From: Thelocarpon superellum
Taxonomy: Eukaryota
Assembly (NCBI GenBank): GCA_026025795.1
Contig: JAPEUG010000162.1
Coordinates: 1-35,228, forward strand
Reading direction: 5' to 3'
Length of the DNA: 35,228 nucleotides
Shown: one piece after another, positions 9,814-22,542 of the stretch
Numbering within the stretch: position 1 is the first letter of the stretch
How the letters are laid out: the number at the start of each line of letters is the position of its first letter
Program-made: the position numbers and the translations under genes
Notes under the pieces: model-generated
Databases searched by the model: none
The model's input: only the letters and a program-made list of their open reading frames with translations
Told to the model about the DNA's origin: nothing

Positions 9814-12800
9814 ATGTCCAAGGCGGCACCTCCGGACCTCCCCCTCCATCACCTCTCCTCTTCGCACCTCCGGGTGCCCTCGCCGCATCTGCCTGAGCGT
9901 CCGTCGTCGGCGTCGAGCTCCTCGATAAAATCGGCCTTTTCCGTCTTGTCACCACAGGAGGTGGCATACCAGCTCTGCACCTCCTTGAAGCACGGACTGT
10001 CGCCCGCCGAAGCTGCCCACCGGCTCGCCACCAGCGGTCCCAATGAGCTGCCTCACGATGCGCCAGAACCGCTCTGGCTCCGCTTCTTGAAGCAATTCAA
10101 GGAGACCCTCATCCTGTTGCTCTTGGCCTCGGCCACCATCTCCTTCTTTGTCGGCAACCGCGACGATGCCATCAGCATCACCATTGCGGTCACCATCGTC
10201 GTCACTGTTGGCTTCGTGCAGGAATACCGGTCCGAACAGTCACTTGAGGCACTGAATCGCTTGGTTCCGCACCATGCCCACCTCGTCCGTGACGGCAGCA
10301 GCGGTCGACCCTCTGCGGGCGATGAGGGCGCTGGGCCGGACCTTCCCACCGACAAAGATCCGATGCTTCGAGACGCCGACTCCAGCGAAGCCTCCTTTAC
10401 CTCGGCGCCTCAGACCTCATCGAGCGTGATGGCCTCGCAGCTGGTTGTGGGCGACGTCGTCTTCTTTGCCACGGGGGATCGCATCCCGGCCGACGTCCGC
10501 ATCACGCGTGCTGCCGACCTATCCATCGATGAATCCAACCTCACGGGGGAGAATGAGCCCGTCCGCAAAAGCGCCGATGCCCTCCGTCCCCCCAGCCCCG
10601 ACCGCGCCATGCCCATCCCTTACGACCGTCCGCCTACGCCGGGCTATGCCTCGTCAGGCACCGGGACGGTCGGGGCCGACATCCGGCTCAATGACCAGGT
10701 CAATATCGCCTTCATGGGCACGCTGGTTCGCTCTGGGCACGGCCAGGGCATCGTGATTGCCACGGGAGCGCGCACCGAGTTTGGCACCATCTCGGCCTCG
10801 CTGACGGAGATCGAGAGCCCGCGGACACCGCTACAAGTGTCGATGGATCGGCTGGGTCAGGAACTGAGCTACATGTCTTTTGGCGTCATCGTGCTCATCG
10901 TGCTCATCGGCCTATGGCAGGGACGCAAACTACTGGAGATGTTCACCATTGGCGTCTCGTTGGCCGTCGCGGCCATTCCCGAGGGACTGCCCATCATCGT
11001 CACCGTGACCCTGGCCTTGGGCGTGTTGCGCATGGCCAAGCACGGGGCCATCGTGCGACGCCTGCCCAGCGTCGAGACGCTGGGCTCGGTCAACGTCATC
11101 TGCAGCGACAAGACAGGCACCTTGACCATGAACCACATGACCGTCACGACCGTGTGGCACTATGAGTGCGCCGCGCCCATCGAGGTCAGCAAAGAGAGCT
11201 CGTCGTCTACGCCCGACGCGCTGACCCGCATGATCATGCGGATCGGCAACATTGCCAACAACGCGCGCCTGTCGAGCGCGCACGGCGCGTCGCCGGCGAC
11301 TGCGGCCATGCTCTCTTCCATCCTGGGGCCCGATCAGCACAGCACGGGCACGCGGAGTCGATGGGTTGGCCAGCCGACGGACGTGGCGATGCTGGACCTG
11401 CTCGATGTGTACGCCGAGGACGATATCCGCGAGCGATTGGGTCCGCGCGCGGCCGAGACGCCCTTTAGCTCCGAGCGGAAGTGGATGGGCGTGATCATCA
11501 GCGGCGCCTCGCCGGTTGAGTCGAGTCAACCCGGCGCCGGAGTGGGGAGTGAGAAGATCTACATCAAGGGCGCCCTGGAACAGGTGCTGTCCCGCTGTGA
11601 CACCTACCTGGCGCGGGATGGGCGCGTGGTGGTCTTGGATGAGCCGCGACGCCAGAGGGCCCGCGAGGCGGCGGAGAAGATGGCGGCCGAGGGCCTCCGG
11701 GTGCTGGGCTTTGCCAGCGGATCGCCACGACCCCCCGCCAACGGGTCCGTGTCGACCCATGTTCGGACGCGGAGTAGCACGCCGCGAACGGACAAGGGTG
11801 CGGGCGTGTCCACGCCGCCAACGACGACCGGCGAGGACCTCTACACTGGCCTGTGCTTTGCGGGCCTGGTCGGCATGTACGATCCGCCACGGAAGTACGT
11901 GGATCGGGCCATTCGACGCCTGATGGCGGGCCGCGTCAAGGTCATCATGATCACCGGCGACGCCGAGACGACGGCTGTAGCGATCGCCAAGAAATTAGGC
12001 ATGCCCATCCATGCGACGGCCGGTCGAAGTGTCATCAACGGCGAGGAGCTGGATCGCATGAGCGGGGACGAGCTGACGCAGGCGATGGCGGGCACCTGCA
12101 TCTTCGCCCGCACCAGCCCCGATCACAAGATGAAGATCGTGCGGGCGCTGCAGGCGCGTGGAGATGTCGTGGCCATGACGGGCGACGGGGTCAACGACGC
12201 ACCGGCGCTGAAGAAGGCCGATATCGGCGTGTCCATGGGTCTCCTTGGGACCGACGTGGCCAAGGAGGCGGCCGACATGATCCTGACGGACGACGACTTC
12301 TCCACCATCCTCAGCGCCATCGAAGAGGGCAAAGGCATCTTCTACAACATCCAGAACTTCTTGACCTTTCAGCTGAGCACCAGCGTGGCGGCGCTGAGCC
12401 TGGTGCTGCTGAGCACCTTCCTCGGGCTCAAGAATCCGCTCAATGCGATGCAGATTCTCTGGATCAGTAGGTCGTCCTTCTCCCTTCGGTCGCAGGCGCC
12501 GGACTGACCGTGGCGCAGACATCCTGATGGACGGTCCGCCCGCGCAATCGCTCGGAGTGGAGCCGGTGGATCCGGCGGTCATGACGCGCCCGCCCCGGGC
12601 CCGGAGCGCGCGGGTCTTGACGCGACCGGTGATGCAGCGCGTGCTCACGTCGGCGTCGGTCATCATGATCGGCACGATGATCACCTACATCCGCGAGATG
12701 TCGGTGGACGGTCTGGTGACGGCGCGCGACACGACCATGACCTTTACCTGCTTTGTACTCTTTGACATGTTCAATGCCCTGACCTGCCGGTCCGAGGGCA

Positions 12801-13060
12801 AGTCGGTGGTGCGCGGCGAGATTGGACTCTTCAGCAACAGGATGTTCAACTACGCCGTGGCCGGTAGCTTGGCCGGTCAGCTGGCCGTCGTCTTCCTGCC
12901 GCCGCTCCAGCGCATCTTCCAAACGGAGGCGCTCGGCTTCTTTGATCTGGTAGGACTCTTGATGATGGCCAGCACCGTCTTTTGGGTGGACGAGGCCCGC
13001 AAGTGGATCATGGCCCAGCGACGGCGCGGACTCGGCGCCGGATATAGTGCGAGCGTGTGA
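9814..13060 (+). CDS. PMR1: Secretory-pathway Ca2+/Mn2+ P-type ATPase Pmr1, 2 exons, ~1064 aa
   Basis: Exons 9814-12466 and 12519-13060. Motifs [45 protein letters not shown], and the Pmr1-type FQLSTS and [21 protein letters not shown]. Confidence 0.94.
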
Positions 13061-13814
13061 GGACGTGGGTGGGTGCGTGGGGACGCCGTCGCTGTATATA
13101 GAATGATGCACATATGGATATGGAGGTTGATCGACACCCGCGCCCCCCCTTTTGTACCGAGTACGCAAGCGTACGTTATTGGTACGAACGGTAGGAGGTT
13201 GGCGATGGCTTAGACTTTGTGTCTATGATGACAACTTTGCACTCCACGGACATCTGCCTACTTATCATGCACGCGGCCAAGTCTACGACGAGGCGAGCGG
13301 ATTGGCCTTGGGCGGTCTTGGTGCCTTCGTTTCAGCGTTGTATTCCCATACCAGACGCCGTAGCATCCTCGACGGTGAGTTGTAGCGTCCGCTTGCCATC
13401 TCGGAGCCACAGGAGCCACCCTCGCCGCCCCGTGCCCTCGTCTCTCACTCGCCGCCCCTCCACCATCCCCCGTCTCCGCCTACATTAGCTCCATCTCTCC
13501 GTGCCAACCAGGATGCTGCTGGGCACTTGTCCGCCATATCCGCTTAGGTCCCTCACGACCCGATACGTCATAGCTCGACCCTACACCAAGCTTGTTCCGC
13601 CTGCGGAACGTAGGGCAACAAGGGAGGAGCGGGGTACGATGCAGGAGCACTGCCCCTCCTCCCGCTGATATCAAGCTTTTTAGACCACACCCAACCCCTC
13701 GGCCAAGCCCATCTTGCATCTTCTAGCATCGCCGTGTCACGTCACAGACCTGCCATCGCTGTCGCTGTCGCGGTGCTCCATTGACTGACGACGACCATCC
13801 TTCCGGTCTCAGCC

Positions 13815-14978
13815 ATGGCCGCAAAGACTCCTCTCACCACCGCAGGGCTCGACGCCCACGCCGCCGCCTTGGAGCACCTCACCAACCAATCCGCGGATCT
13901 GAGCGCCGATCCCAAGGCCACGATACAAAAGCCGGCCAATCATCCGGAGGCGCTCTCATGGCTCTCGCGTATCGTTCCGGCAAGCACGCTGGAGCATCTC
14001 GATGCCCGCTTTCACATGGGCAACTACGTCATCGACCGCACGACGGGCGAGAAGTCGTTTGAAGCCATGAGCATCTACGTGCGCTTGGGCATGCATTTGC
14101 TCTTCTACGGCTCGGAGCAAGAGAAGGCCCTGCACTGGCAACGGGTGAAGGACCTCTTGAGGTCGGAGAGCGAGAAGATGGGCCATCAGTACGACTCGCC
14201 CGAGAGCCGAGCCCACATCCAGCCCTTCATCGAGAGCTTCCAGCTGGAGAAGACGCTGTTGCAGTTGCGAAAGCCCAATCCAGCAGACTACGCCACCTTC
14301 AATGACTTCTTCGCACGCGAGATCCTCGAGTCGGCACGACCCATCGCCGAGCCCGAGAATGCACTCGTAACCTCGTCGCCGGCCGACTGCCGCCTGACGG
14401 CCTTTCCCACCATTGACCTGGCGACGACGTACTGGATCAAGGGGGACGGCTTCACGCTGGAGCGTTTGCTGATGGACCCGACGCTCGCGCAGGAATTCCA
14501 CGGCGGCTCGATGGTCATTGCGCGGCTCGCCCCGCAAGACTACCACCGGTGGCACGCACCCGTCTCGGGCACGGTGGAGAAGATCACCGAGGTGCCGGGG
14601 GCATACTACACGGTGAATCCCCAGGCGATCAACGAGCCAGGCACGCTCGACGTCTTCTGCGAGAACCGGCGGTCCATCATGACGCTGCAGCGGGCAAGCG
14701 AGAGCACGTCGAGCGCGACGCAGAATCGACGCGTGGCCATTGTCGCCGTGGGCGCCATGCTGGTGGGATCCATCCGCTACGTCAACGGCGTCGGCCAGGT
14801 CGGGGCCGAGTTCCGCCGCGGACAGTGCCTCGGTGCCTTTTACTACGGCGGGAGCACCGTCGTTGTGCTTTATCCGCCCGGCGAAGTCGTCCTGGACGCC
14901 GATCTGGTGCATAATTCCACCAAGGAAGTCTGCGAGACAGTCATGAGCGTGGGCTGGCGCACGGGCGTCATGACGTAG
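13815..14978 (+). CDS. Phosphatidylserine decarboxylase-family proenzyme (Psd2-like catalytic domain, no C2 domains), intronless, 387 aa
   Basis: FNDFFAR, SPADCRL, RLAPQDYHRWH, VGAMLVGSI and the autocleavage motif FYYGGSTVVV. Confidence 0.88.
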   Translation: MAAKTPLTTAGLDAHAAALEHLTNQSADLSADPKATIQKPANHPEALSWLSRIVPASTLEHLDARFHMGNYVIDRTTGEKSFEAMSIYVRLGMHLLFYGSEQEKALHWQRVKDLLRSESEKMGHQYDSPESRAHIQPFIESFQLEKTLLQLRKPNPADYATFNDFFAREILESARPIAEPENALVTSSPADCRLTAFPTIDLATTYWIKGDGFTLERLLMDPTLAQEFHGGSMVIARLAPQDYHRWHAPVSGTVEKITEVPGAYYTVNPQAINEPGTLDVFCENRRSIMTLQRASESTSSATQNRRVAIVAVGAMLVGSIRYVNGVGQVGAEFRRGQCLGAFYYGGSTVVVLYPPGEVVLDADLVHNSTKEVCETVMSVGWRTGVMT

Positions 14979-15098
14979 ATACCGTCCGGTGCGTCTGGTA
15001 GACAGAAGGTAAGTGACTGGATCGGGACGCGGAGGGAGGTAGGGAATAGGAGGTAGATGAATAGCGCAGTCGCAATCCCGCGATGAACTGCGTACTAC

Positions 15099-17797
15099 CT
15101 ATCGAATGCTCGAGCCAGTAGACGTGGCGCCTGGAGCTACAGCGGCGCCGGCACCAGTGGCACCACCACCGACAATAGCTCTCGCGCGTCTCCGTTCTTC
15201 TGGATCGAGGACCCAGTGGATATGGTCCGTGTCCTCCCCCGCACCCTCTTCCTCCCCCCCCTCCCGCTCCTGTTCTTTCCCCTGCTCCGCTTTCGTCCCT
15301 TCCAATCCGCCTCTCCCACCCCCACCCCTCGTCGTGGATGTCCCCTTCGCAGAAGCGCCGGGCGAAAGCATCAAATCATCCCACTCGTCATCGTCGAGGT
15401 TCATGACGAGACAGATCTGGAGACAGCGGGCAAAGGCATCACGCAGGCCATAGCGCGCGCCGCGCACCACGACGCCCACTATGGCAGCGACGTCGCGCTC
15501 GAGCCGCAACGCACCCAGCGCGCTCACCCGGCCATGGTAGGCCCAGAGGCGCTTCTCGAGGATCTTGCTGCTCACGTACCCTGCTGTGCTCGCGAGGAGT
15601 TTGTTGTAGCTTCGCTCCGTGAGGAGGCGTCGCATCGGCTTCATCAGCAGGTCCCAGCTCGTGCTAAAGCGGTGCTGCACGGCGTCGGATGCCGGGTTGG
15701 GACTGTGTCCGCCGTCGTGGGAGGGGGACGGAGGGGAGCGGTGCGAATGCGAGTGGTAGGTTTCGTCGTCTGCGGTCGACGTCGCGCTGTAGTCTGTGTC
15801 GCGGAAGGCGTCGGAGATGATGGGGCGAAGGCGTGGCTTGATGACTCGGTCAAAGGCTACGTGGAGCCCGTCGGCGACGAGTTCGCTCGTCTTGCTCTCG
15901 AAGCTAAGCTGCAGACTGCGCAGCGAGGTGGCAACGAAGTCGGCGTCGTGCTCGAAGGGAAAGAGGTCCTTGAGCGGCGTGGCCACGCTGGGGTCGTCGG
16001 CGTGCGGCGTGCTTGGGTCCACGCGTCCTGAGACGATTCGCGCAACGTAGTCTGTTGCTACGTCGAGGTTGTTGATGAGGATCAGGAAGGCGACGATTTT
16101 GTCTTCCGGGGGAAGACCGCCCTGGTTCACAGCCTTGGGGTAGCTCTCGTCGCGCATCTTGCGCTGGATCATGCCGACAAAGTCCGATCCGAGTACGCGT
16201 CCGATGGTGGGCACGACTCCTGCCACCACGTGCCGCTGCGACGTCGCCAGCGTGCGCTGCAGCACCTTGTTCACGATGTACATGACGTCGTCCACGGCGG
16301 AGGTGATGAATGGCGGGTTGACTTGGAGAGGCTTGCTCATGTTCAGGGTGATGTCGGGCGGGGATTCGTCCAGTTGAAATGCCTTCTCCACCGACCGTCG
16401 AAAGAAGAAAGTCGTCATGGCGCTGAAGGGCGAGACCAGCCGGTCGCCCACTTTCTTGATGAGGTTCGAGTCGGTGAGTAGTGGCGGCAGCACCAGTCGC
16501 ATCTCCGCGCCATGTCCGCTCTCATTCGAGGTCTGAAGATGTTAGATGAGGATGAGGCAAGGCGGGTCCCCTTTACCTTGCATTTGTCCGCCAGGAATCG
16601 ACAGTACAATGACCATCGTCCTAGCATCACCGCTGCCTCGCTCAAGAGCCCGTCGACCTCCTTCATCTCCACGCCATCTTGGCTATCGTTGCTCCCACGT
16701 CCGTCACCCTGACCGCGCTTGGACGGAGAATTGGCCCGAGGCGTGTTGGAGGCACCCCGTGACGAGGATAGAAAGCTCTGGACGAGAAAGGAAAAGGCGT
16801 ACGACTTGATGTCGGTGAGCTTGCGGTCGATGCTCCGCTCGTCGCTCCACGTCTCCAGGATGATGCCGCCCTGCACATCCGCCTCCTTCTGGAGCCGCTC
16901 CATCACCTTGACCATCCGGCCCGGCCCGTAGTGTCGCTCCACCAGGCTGCCGTGACCGTCGACGATCTGAGCAATGTGCTCAAAGAGCTTGGTCAGCGCA
17001 TTGGCGTAGAAGAAGCCCTCTTTCCGCTGCGACGCGCCCGTGCCGGCGTTCAGATTGGCCCGTGCCCGTGACGCTACGCCCTGGCACACGTATCGTCCGT
17101 AGATGTCCAGCCCGACATCGGAACGACCGATCAGGGGAAAGAGCTTGAAGAAGCGCGTTACCTTGGCCCCGTCGCTCTCGGCCGCGGCCTTCGCGAACTC
17201 GCGCATAAACAAGCCACACAGCGACTCGGCGGCGTTGTGCAGCGTCACGCTGGGCAGGTCGGGCACCTCGGCCGTGGGCACAATCTCCTCGGCGAACGAG
17301 CCCTCGACAATGTCCTGGGGGATCTTGATCGCACGACTGAGATAGCCCGCCGCCTTCTCCCAGTCCTGCGCCCCGCCCATCGCTCCCGTGACCCCCAGCA
17401 CGCATACCTTGAGTTCGGCGACCTGTTCGACCACGTCCAACGTTGCTCTGACACGCGACTGCTCGAGGTCCAGGCGGGTGACGGCGCTGGAGATGCGATT
17501 GGCCGTGACGGCGGCCTCGGACAACATGCCGTGGCTGATGGACCGGCTCGTCGCCGCCTGCGATCCCAGATGTGCCCGCAGGAGGTCAAGGCGTCCTAGT
17601 TCCCGCGAGAGGTCCTTCTGCCCGGCAACCAGCTGATCCAGGCGGGTGGTGACCGAGGCGTCTTGCTGGTTGAGATGGCTCAATGCCGCGTGGATCTCGT
17701 GGAGCGAGCTGGCCGTGACAATGTCCGGGACGGCGTGGTCCCCATTGACCGTTGCTCCATTCTCGAGAGGGTCAATGCCATTTGGCCCGCCCTCCAT
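15099..17797 (-). CDS. COG4: Conserved oligomeric Golgi complex subunit 4, 2 exons, ~884 aa
   Basis: Exons 17797-16577 and 16532-15099 (44-nt intron with CTAAC branch point) join in frame. Motifs TRFFKLFPLIG, FFFRRSVEKAFQLDE, SAVDDVMYIV, LGALRLERD, LRDAFARCLQI. Confidence 0.88.
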
Positions 17798-18552
17798 CGA
17801 GATTGATGTGCTTTCGAGACCTGCAGAGCTGTCAGCGTGGAGGGCGGCGTGGCAGGGCCTGGGTGCCCCACCAAACGATCCCTTGCCCTCGTCATCCTCG
17901 ACGGAGCTGAAGGGTCACGACATGTTCGGCTCGATCAGGGTCGGTCAATGGGATGCGATGTATATCTCTGCCCGCTACACCGGTGACACACCAAGGAGCC
18001 TGCTTGTGAAAGGACAATGGCCAAAATGGTCCATCCGTGAACGGTGGCAAGCTATTTTGGACCTGTCACCTCCACCGTGAAGAGAAAGTTGCCCCGCGGG
18101 TGCGAGCCACTTCGCGTGTTCCGTTGAGCTCTGGCGTTCCTGGGGGCGCCCCAAGCGTTTATCCGAAGGTGCGGCGGATGGCCCTCTACCGCGGGGCGAA
18201 TCTCCGTTGTGTCGCCTCACTCTGGGACATTGCTGCCTGCAAAAGAGCAGGTAAGCAGACCCATGCATTAGTTACAGCACAAATTACACGTAGTCGGCGG
18301 TTGCTTAATTCGACTGGACTCATAAAGGTCGCGGCCATGCCGGCCATGGACAAAAGGACAAGGTCATGGCGTCTCATTCCCTCAGCCTGATTCACCTACC
18401 ATCCATACCCTCGCCACCATCTTGCATCTGAAAGCCCGGCCTGCCACACCGCGGGTCCTGTCGCCATCATTCCTCAACGGCGGAAGCCTAAGGATACGGG
18501 GAAGGGTAGGTGGAAACTTCGTGACCGAGCGACCTCGTCGCGCCGCGGCAAG

Positions 18553-19950
18553 ATGGGGCAGGAGTCGTCGCTCGTGGTGGATGAGCACACGGAGCCACAG
18601 AAATTGGAGCGTCGAGACGTGCCGTCCGTGGCCAAGTACATCAACGGTGGTCGTGCCAAGCGCATCGTCGTGATGGTAAACCGACCCGTTCGGTGCAAGC
18701 CCGAGGAGTTCCACAATCACAACTGACGTCTCCTCCAGGCCGGGGCCGGTATCAGCACCTCGGCCGGGATCCCGGACTTCCGCTCCCCCGATACAGGACT
18801 CTACGCCAATCTGGCCCGCTTGGATCTTCCCTTCGCCGAAGCCGTCTTTGACATCTCCTATTTCCGCCAGAATCCTCTCCCTTTTTACGCCCTCGCCCAC
18901 GAGCTCTACCCCGGCAAGTATCGGCCCACCGTCACGCACTCCTTCATCCGGCTACTGCACGACAAGGGCCTCCTCCTCAAGCTCTTCACGCAAAACATCG
19001 ACTGTCTGGAGCGAGAAGCCGGCGTGCCCGATGACCGGATCGTTGAGGCCCATGGCAGCTTTGCCACTCAGCGGTGCATCGAATGCAAGACATCGTTTCC
19101 CGACGAGACGATGAAGAAGGTCATCCGGGAGCGCGAGGTCCCACATTGCGTACGAGCGGAATGCGGAGGACTGGTCAAGCCGGACATTGTCTTCTTTGGC
19201 GAGCAGCTGCCTGAGAACTTCCATCAGAATCGAACCCTCCCGGCCGCAGCAGACCTCTGTCTCGTCATGGGTACCAGCCTCAGCGTCCAGCCGTTTGCGA
19301 GTCTCCCCGGATTCTGCTCGGAGGGTGTACCTCGGTGAGCAGGTAGCCGATGCGCGTCTTCGCTGGGTCGGTGCACTGATCGTGTGGCTAGGCTTCTCAT
19401 CAACCGCGAACGTGTTGGCGGCCTTGGATCGCGAGCCGACGACGTCCTGCTGCTGGAGGACTGCGACGACGGGGTGCGGAGGCTGGCCTCGGCCCTAGGC
19501 TGGCTGGACGAGCTAGAGCAGCTTTGGCAGCGCACCAACCCAGACCAAGACAAAGCCGAGGCCACGCCGACACACGCCTCGGAGCACGAACGACTCGAAG
19601 CCGAGATTGAGAAACTCACCGGCGAAGTAGACCAGGTCTTGAAACTGTCAGGTGATCATGATGACCGCGTGCGCGTTCAGCTCGACCGCAAGGTCAAGGC
19701 AACGTCCGAATCCAAGGACGTCGCGGAAAAAGAAACGGTGGCGACACAGCCCGAGACGCGAGGGGCCCCTGCAACGGCGGTGCAGATGTCAGTAGGTGAT
19801 GCTCACGCAGCCGTGCCTACCGGTCGTGATCGGGCTGCGGAAGACACCAGCCATCCGACGATCAACATCGAGGAGCAAGAGGCTGCTTCCCCAGACGTAG
19901 CAGAGGACCTAAAGGAAGTGCCAGCCAAGCCCAGCGAGTCTCTTTTTTGA
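18553..19950 (+). CDS. HST2: NAD-dependent deacetylase, class I sirtuin (Hst2/SIRT2-like), 3 exons, ~425 aa
   Basis: Exons 18553-18675, 18739-19334 and 19392-19950. Motifs GAGISTSAGIPDFRS, FTQNIDCLE, EAHGSF, Zn ligands CIEC/CVRAEC, KPDIVFFGE, GTSLSVQPFASL, LLINRE. Confidence 0.92.
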
Positions 19951-20543
19951 TCACCCTTCGTGCAAGTCGATGGCCTTCATTGAATCACCGTATCTGGATG
20001 GCGTACGCTAGGTAGCTGGATCCAGGTCTCCACTGAAGATCCCCCAATTAGATGCTCTAAAAGAGGGCATAGCGGGCGTTCGAGCCGAGAATCTTCGGAA
20101 GTGGAATTGACGATTCTCGTCTTTGCCGAGGGCAACTTGACTCCGCACAAAGGTGAACTCGATAACTCTGACCACCTGATGCATGAAGATGCGTGTTAGG
20201 ATGCAATTGATGCAGGGAATATTCTCCCTGGGAGGCGATTTACCGCCCACCTCTCCCCATCATTATCCAGCACTCTAAACTACCGAAAGGAGCGGCGATT
20301 GGTGCCCGTCCGAGCCAATGGAAGGCAGGTGGGCCTCGGGACAGCGAGACTTCGGAGCTGCCGGCCAGAGAAAGGTCGATGCACAAACGCCGCAAGGAGG
20401 TTGACTGTTGATGTCGACAAAGCTCTCCTTCCTCTCCTTGCACGTCATCCGTCTTTTGATTCCTCGGAAGTACGGCGTGGACACAGTTGCGGAGAAGGCC
20501 GAAGAATCGAGATCAAGCTCCTACGTTTCCTATCGTCGCCAAC

Positions 20544-22499
20544 ATGCCTCCGTCCAAAGGAGCTACCATGGACTGGACCACCTTCCACAATATCGTGGAC
20601 GGCAAATCGCGGAAAGCCTCTTCGGTCTATCACGGCATCAATCCAGCGAATAAACAATCGCTCTGGGACGCGCCCGTCGCCAACCAGCAGGATCTCGACG
20701 ATGCTGTCCGCGCCGCACGACGTGCCCTTCCCGCCTGGTCTTCGACTCCCATTGAGGAGCGTGCCCGTCTGTTACGGAGGTATTCCGAGCTCTGTGAGAG
20801 ATACGAGAAGGATATCGCGGAGCTACTCATACAGGAAAGTGGGAAGCCGGTACCATTCATGCTTCCGCTGGTGGCCGAACAGGTGCTGAGATTCGCAGCG
20901 GATGTCGGCGCTCGAAGAGATTCGGGCGATCCAGTCGTTCGCCCGCCATCATAGTACGAGCTTCGACCCTTCCCTAACTAACAGAAGGAGCCAGCCGATG
21001 ACCGTATGCAGCCAAGCTTAGGCTTCCGGTTGAGACGGTCGAGGAGCGTGACCGAATCGTGACCGTTCGCTACGTGCCGTTGGGTATGTTGGGTCTTCTC
21101 ATCGGCCCACTAAACATGACTGATCAGGGGTAGGATTGGTGGCGGCCATTTGCCCATGGAATTGTACGCGGTTGATTTCCCTTTCCCGAGACTCTGAGGG
21201 CTGATGTTGAGGCCAGTCCCGGTCATTCTAAGTAGGTCATGTATGATCCTACGTCTAAGCCTGAGTGGTGATTGGAACATCGTCAGGTTTTGGCAAGATC
21301 GCGCCGGCAATGATGACGGGCAATTGCATCATCGTCAAGCCTTCGTGAGCTCATGATAGGACACATCCAGGCAGCCACGTGCCTAACCTCAAGCAACAGA
21401 CCCTTTGCACCCTACACGGCCTTGAAATTGGTCGAGTTGGCCCAGCGCATCTTCCCACATGGGGTCATCCAGGCATTAGGCGGCGATGATCAGCTGGGTC
21501 CGTGGATGACGCAACACCCCAACATTGACAAAATTTCCTTTACTGGATCAGCCGCGACGGGCAAGAAAGTTATGGAAGCATGCTCTAGGACGCTGAAACG
21601 CGTGACGCTCGAATTGTCCGTGACGTCCGGCGCTACCCTGATACGGGCAGAGAGATTGACGAACGGCCAGAGGCGGAAACGACGCGTCCATTGTGTGCAG
21701 TGACATTGACGTCAGGAAAGTGGCGCCCCAGCTGGCCATGGGAGCGCTCCGGAACTCAGGCCAGGTACGAGTACACACCGCGAAGCCAGTAAGTATGACT
21801 GGTAGGAGACTGATGAAGGCCAACAGGTGTGCGTAGCGACGAAACGCATATACATCCACGAATCCATCTACGACCGAACCGTCAAAGCCATGAGCGAGGT
21901 CATCAAGAAATGGAAGATCGGGCCCGGCGACGAACACGGCATTTCCCTTGGGCCGGTGCAGAATGAGGGGCAATTCGAAAAAATCAAGGACTTGTTCACG
22001 GACAGCACCACGTCAGGGTACAGATACGCTGTCCGAGGCGAGATCAAGGAGAGCGAGGGCGTCATCGTTGAGCCCATTATCGTCGACAATCCGCTCAATG
22101 ACTCGCATGTCATTGTGGAGGAAGCTTTCGGTGCGTACCGCCCAAACCCCATTGTGCCTTCCCTCCGTTGCGTGCTCGTTGCGCAGGATACGCATGCTCA
22201 TGCAATCCCCACTAGGCCCCATCGTACCCTGCCAGCCATGGAATGACGAAGAAGAAGTGATCCGGCGCGCGAACGACAGCAGATCCGGGCTCGGCGCGTG
22301 CGTGTGGTCGCAGGATCTGAATCGGGCGCGGCGCATCGCGAGCCGCTTGGAGGCCGGCAGCGTGTGGATCAATAGCTACGAGAAGTTGAGTCCGTCCGCT
22401 TACTTCAGCGGCGTCAAAGAGAGCGGGCTTGGTGGCGAGTGGGGCACCCAGGGGCTCCTCGCGTATTGTAATGCCCAGACCATCCACGAATTCAAATGA
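20544..22499 (+). CDS. Aldehyde dehydrogenase family protein, 10 exons, ~477 aa
   Basis: Exons 20544-20849, 20899-20953, 21012-21083, 21134-21163, 21217-21231, 21287-21344, 21400-21615, 21671-21764, 21827-22130 and 22216-22499 sum to 1434 nt without stops. Motifs ICPWNFP, KPSP, FTGS..TG, catalytic ELGGND and SGQVC, EEAFGP. Confidence 0.9.
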
Positions 22500-22542
22500 C
22501 CCGACGAACAGTCATCACAAGTTGAAGGAAGATCTTGGAATC

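Noticed and set aside
18178..18325. Short ORF with an intron-like GTAAGC..TAG in the COG4/sirtuin divergent promoter
   Set aside because: Only ~34 aa, no clear branch point and no recognisable product.
20008..20443. Minus-strand ORFs with an intron-like element between the sirtuin and ALDH
   Set aside because: No recognisable protein motif; cannot be supported without expression data.
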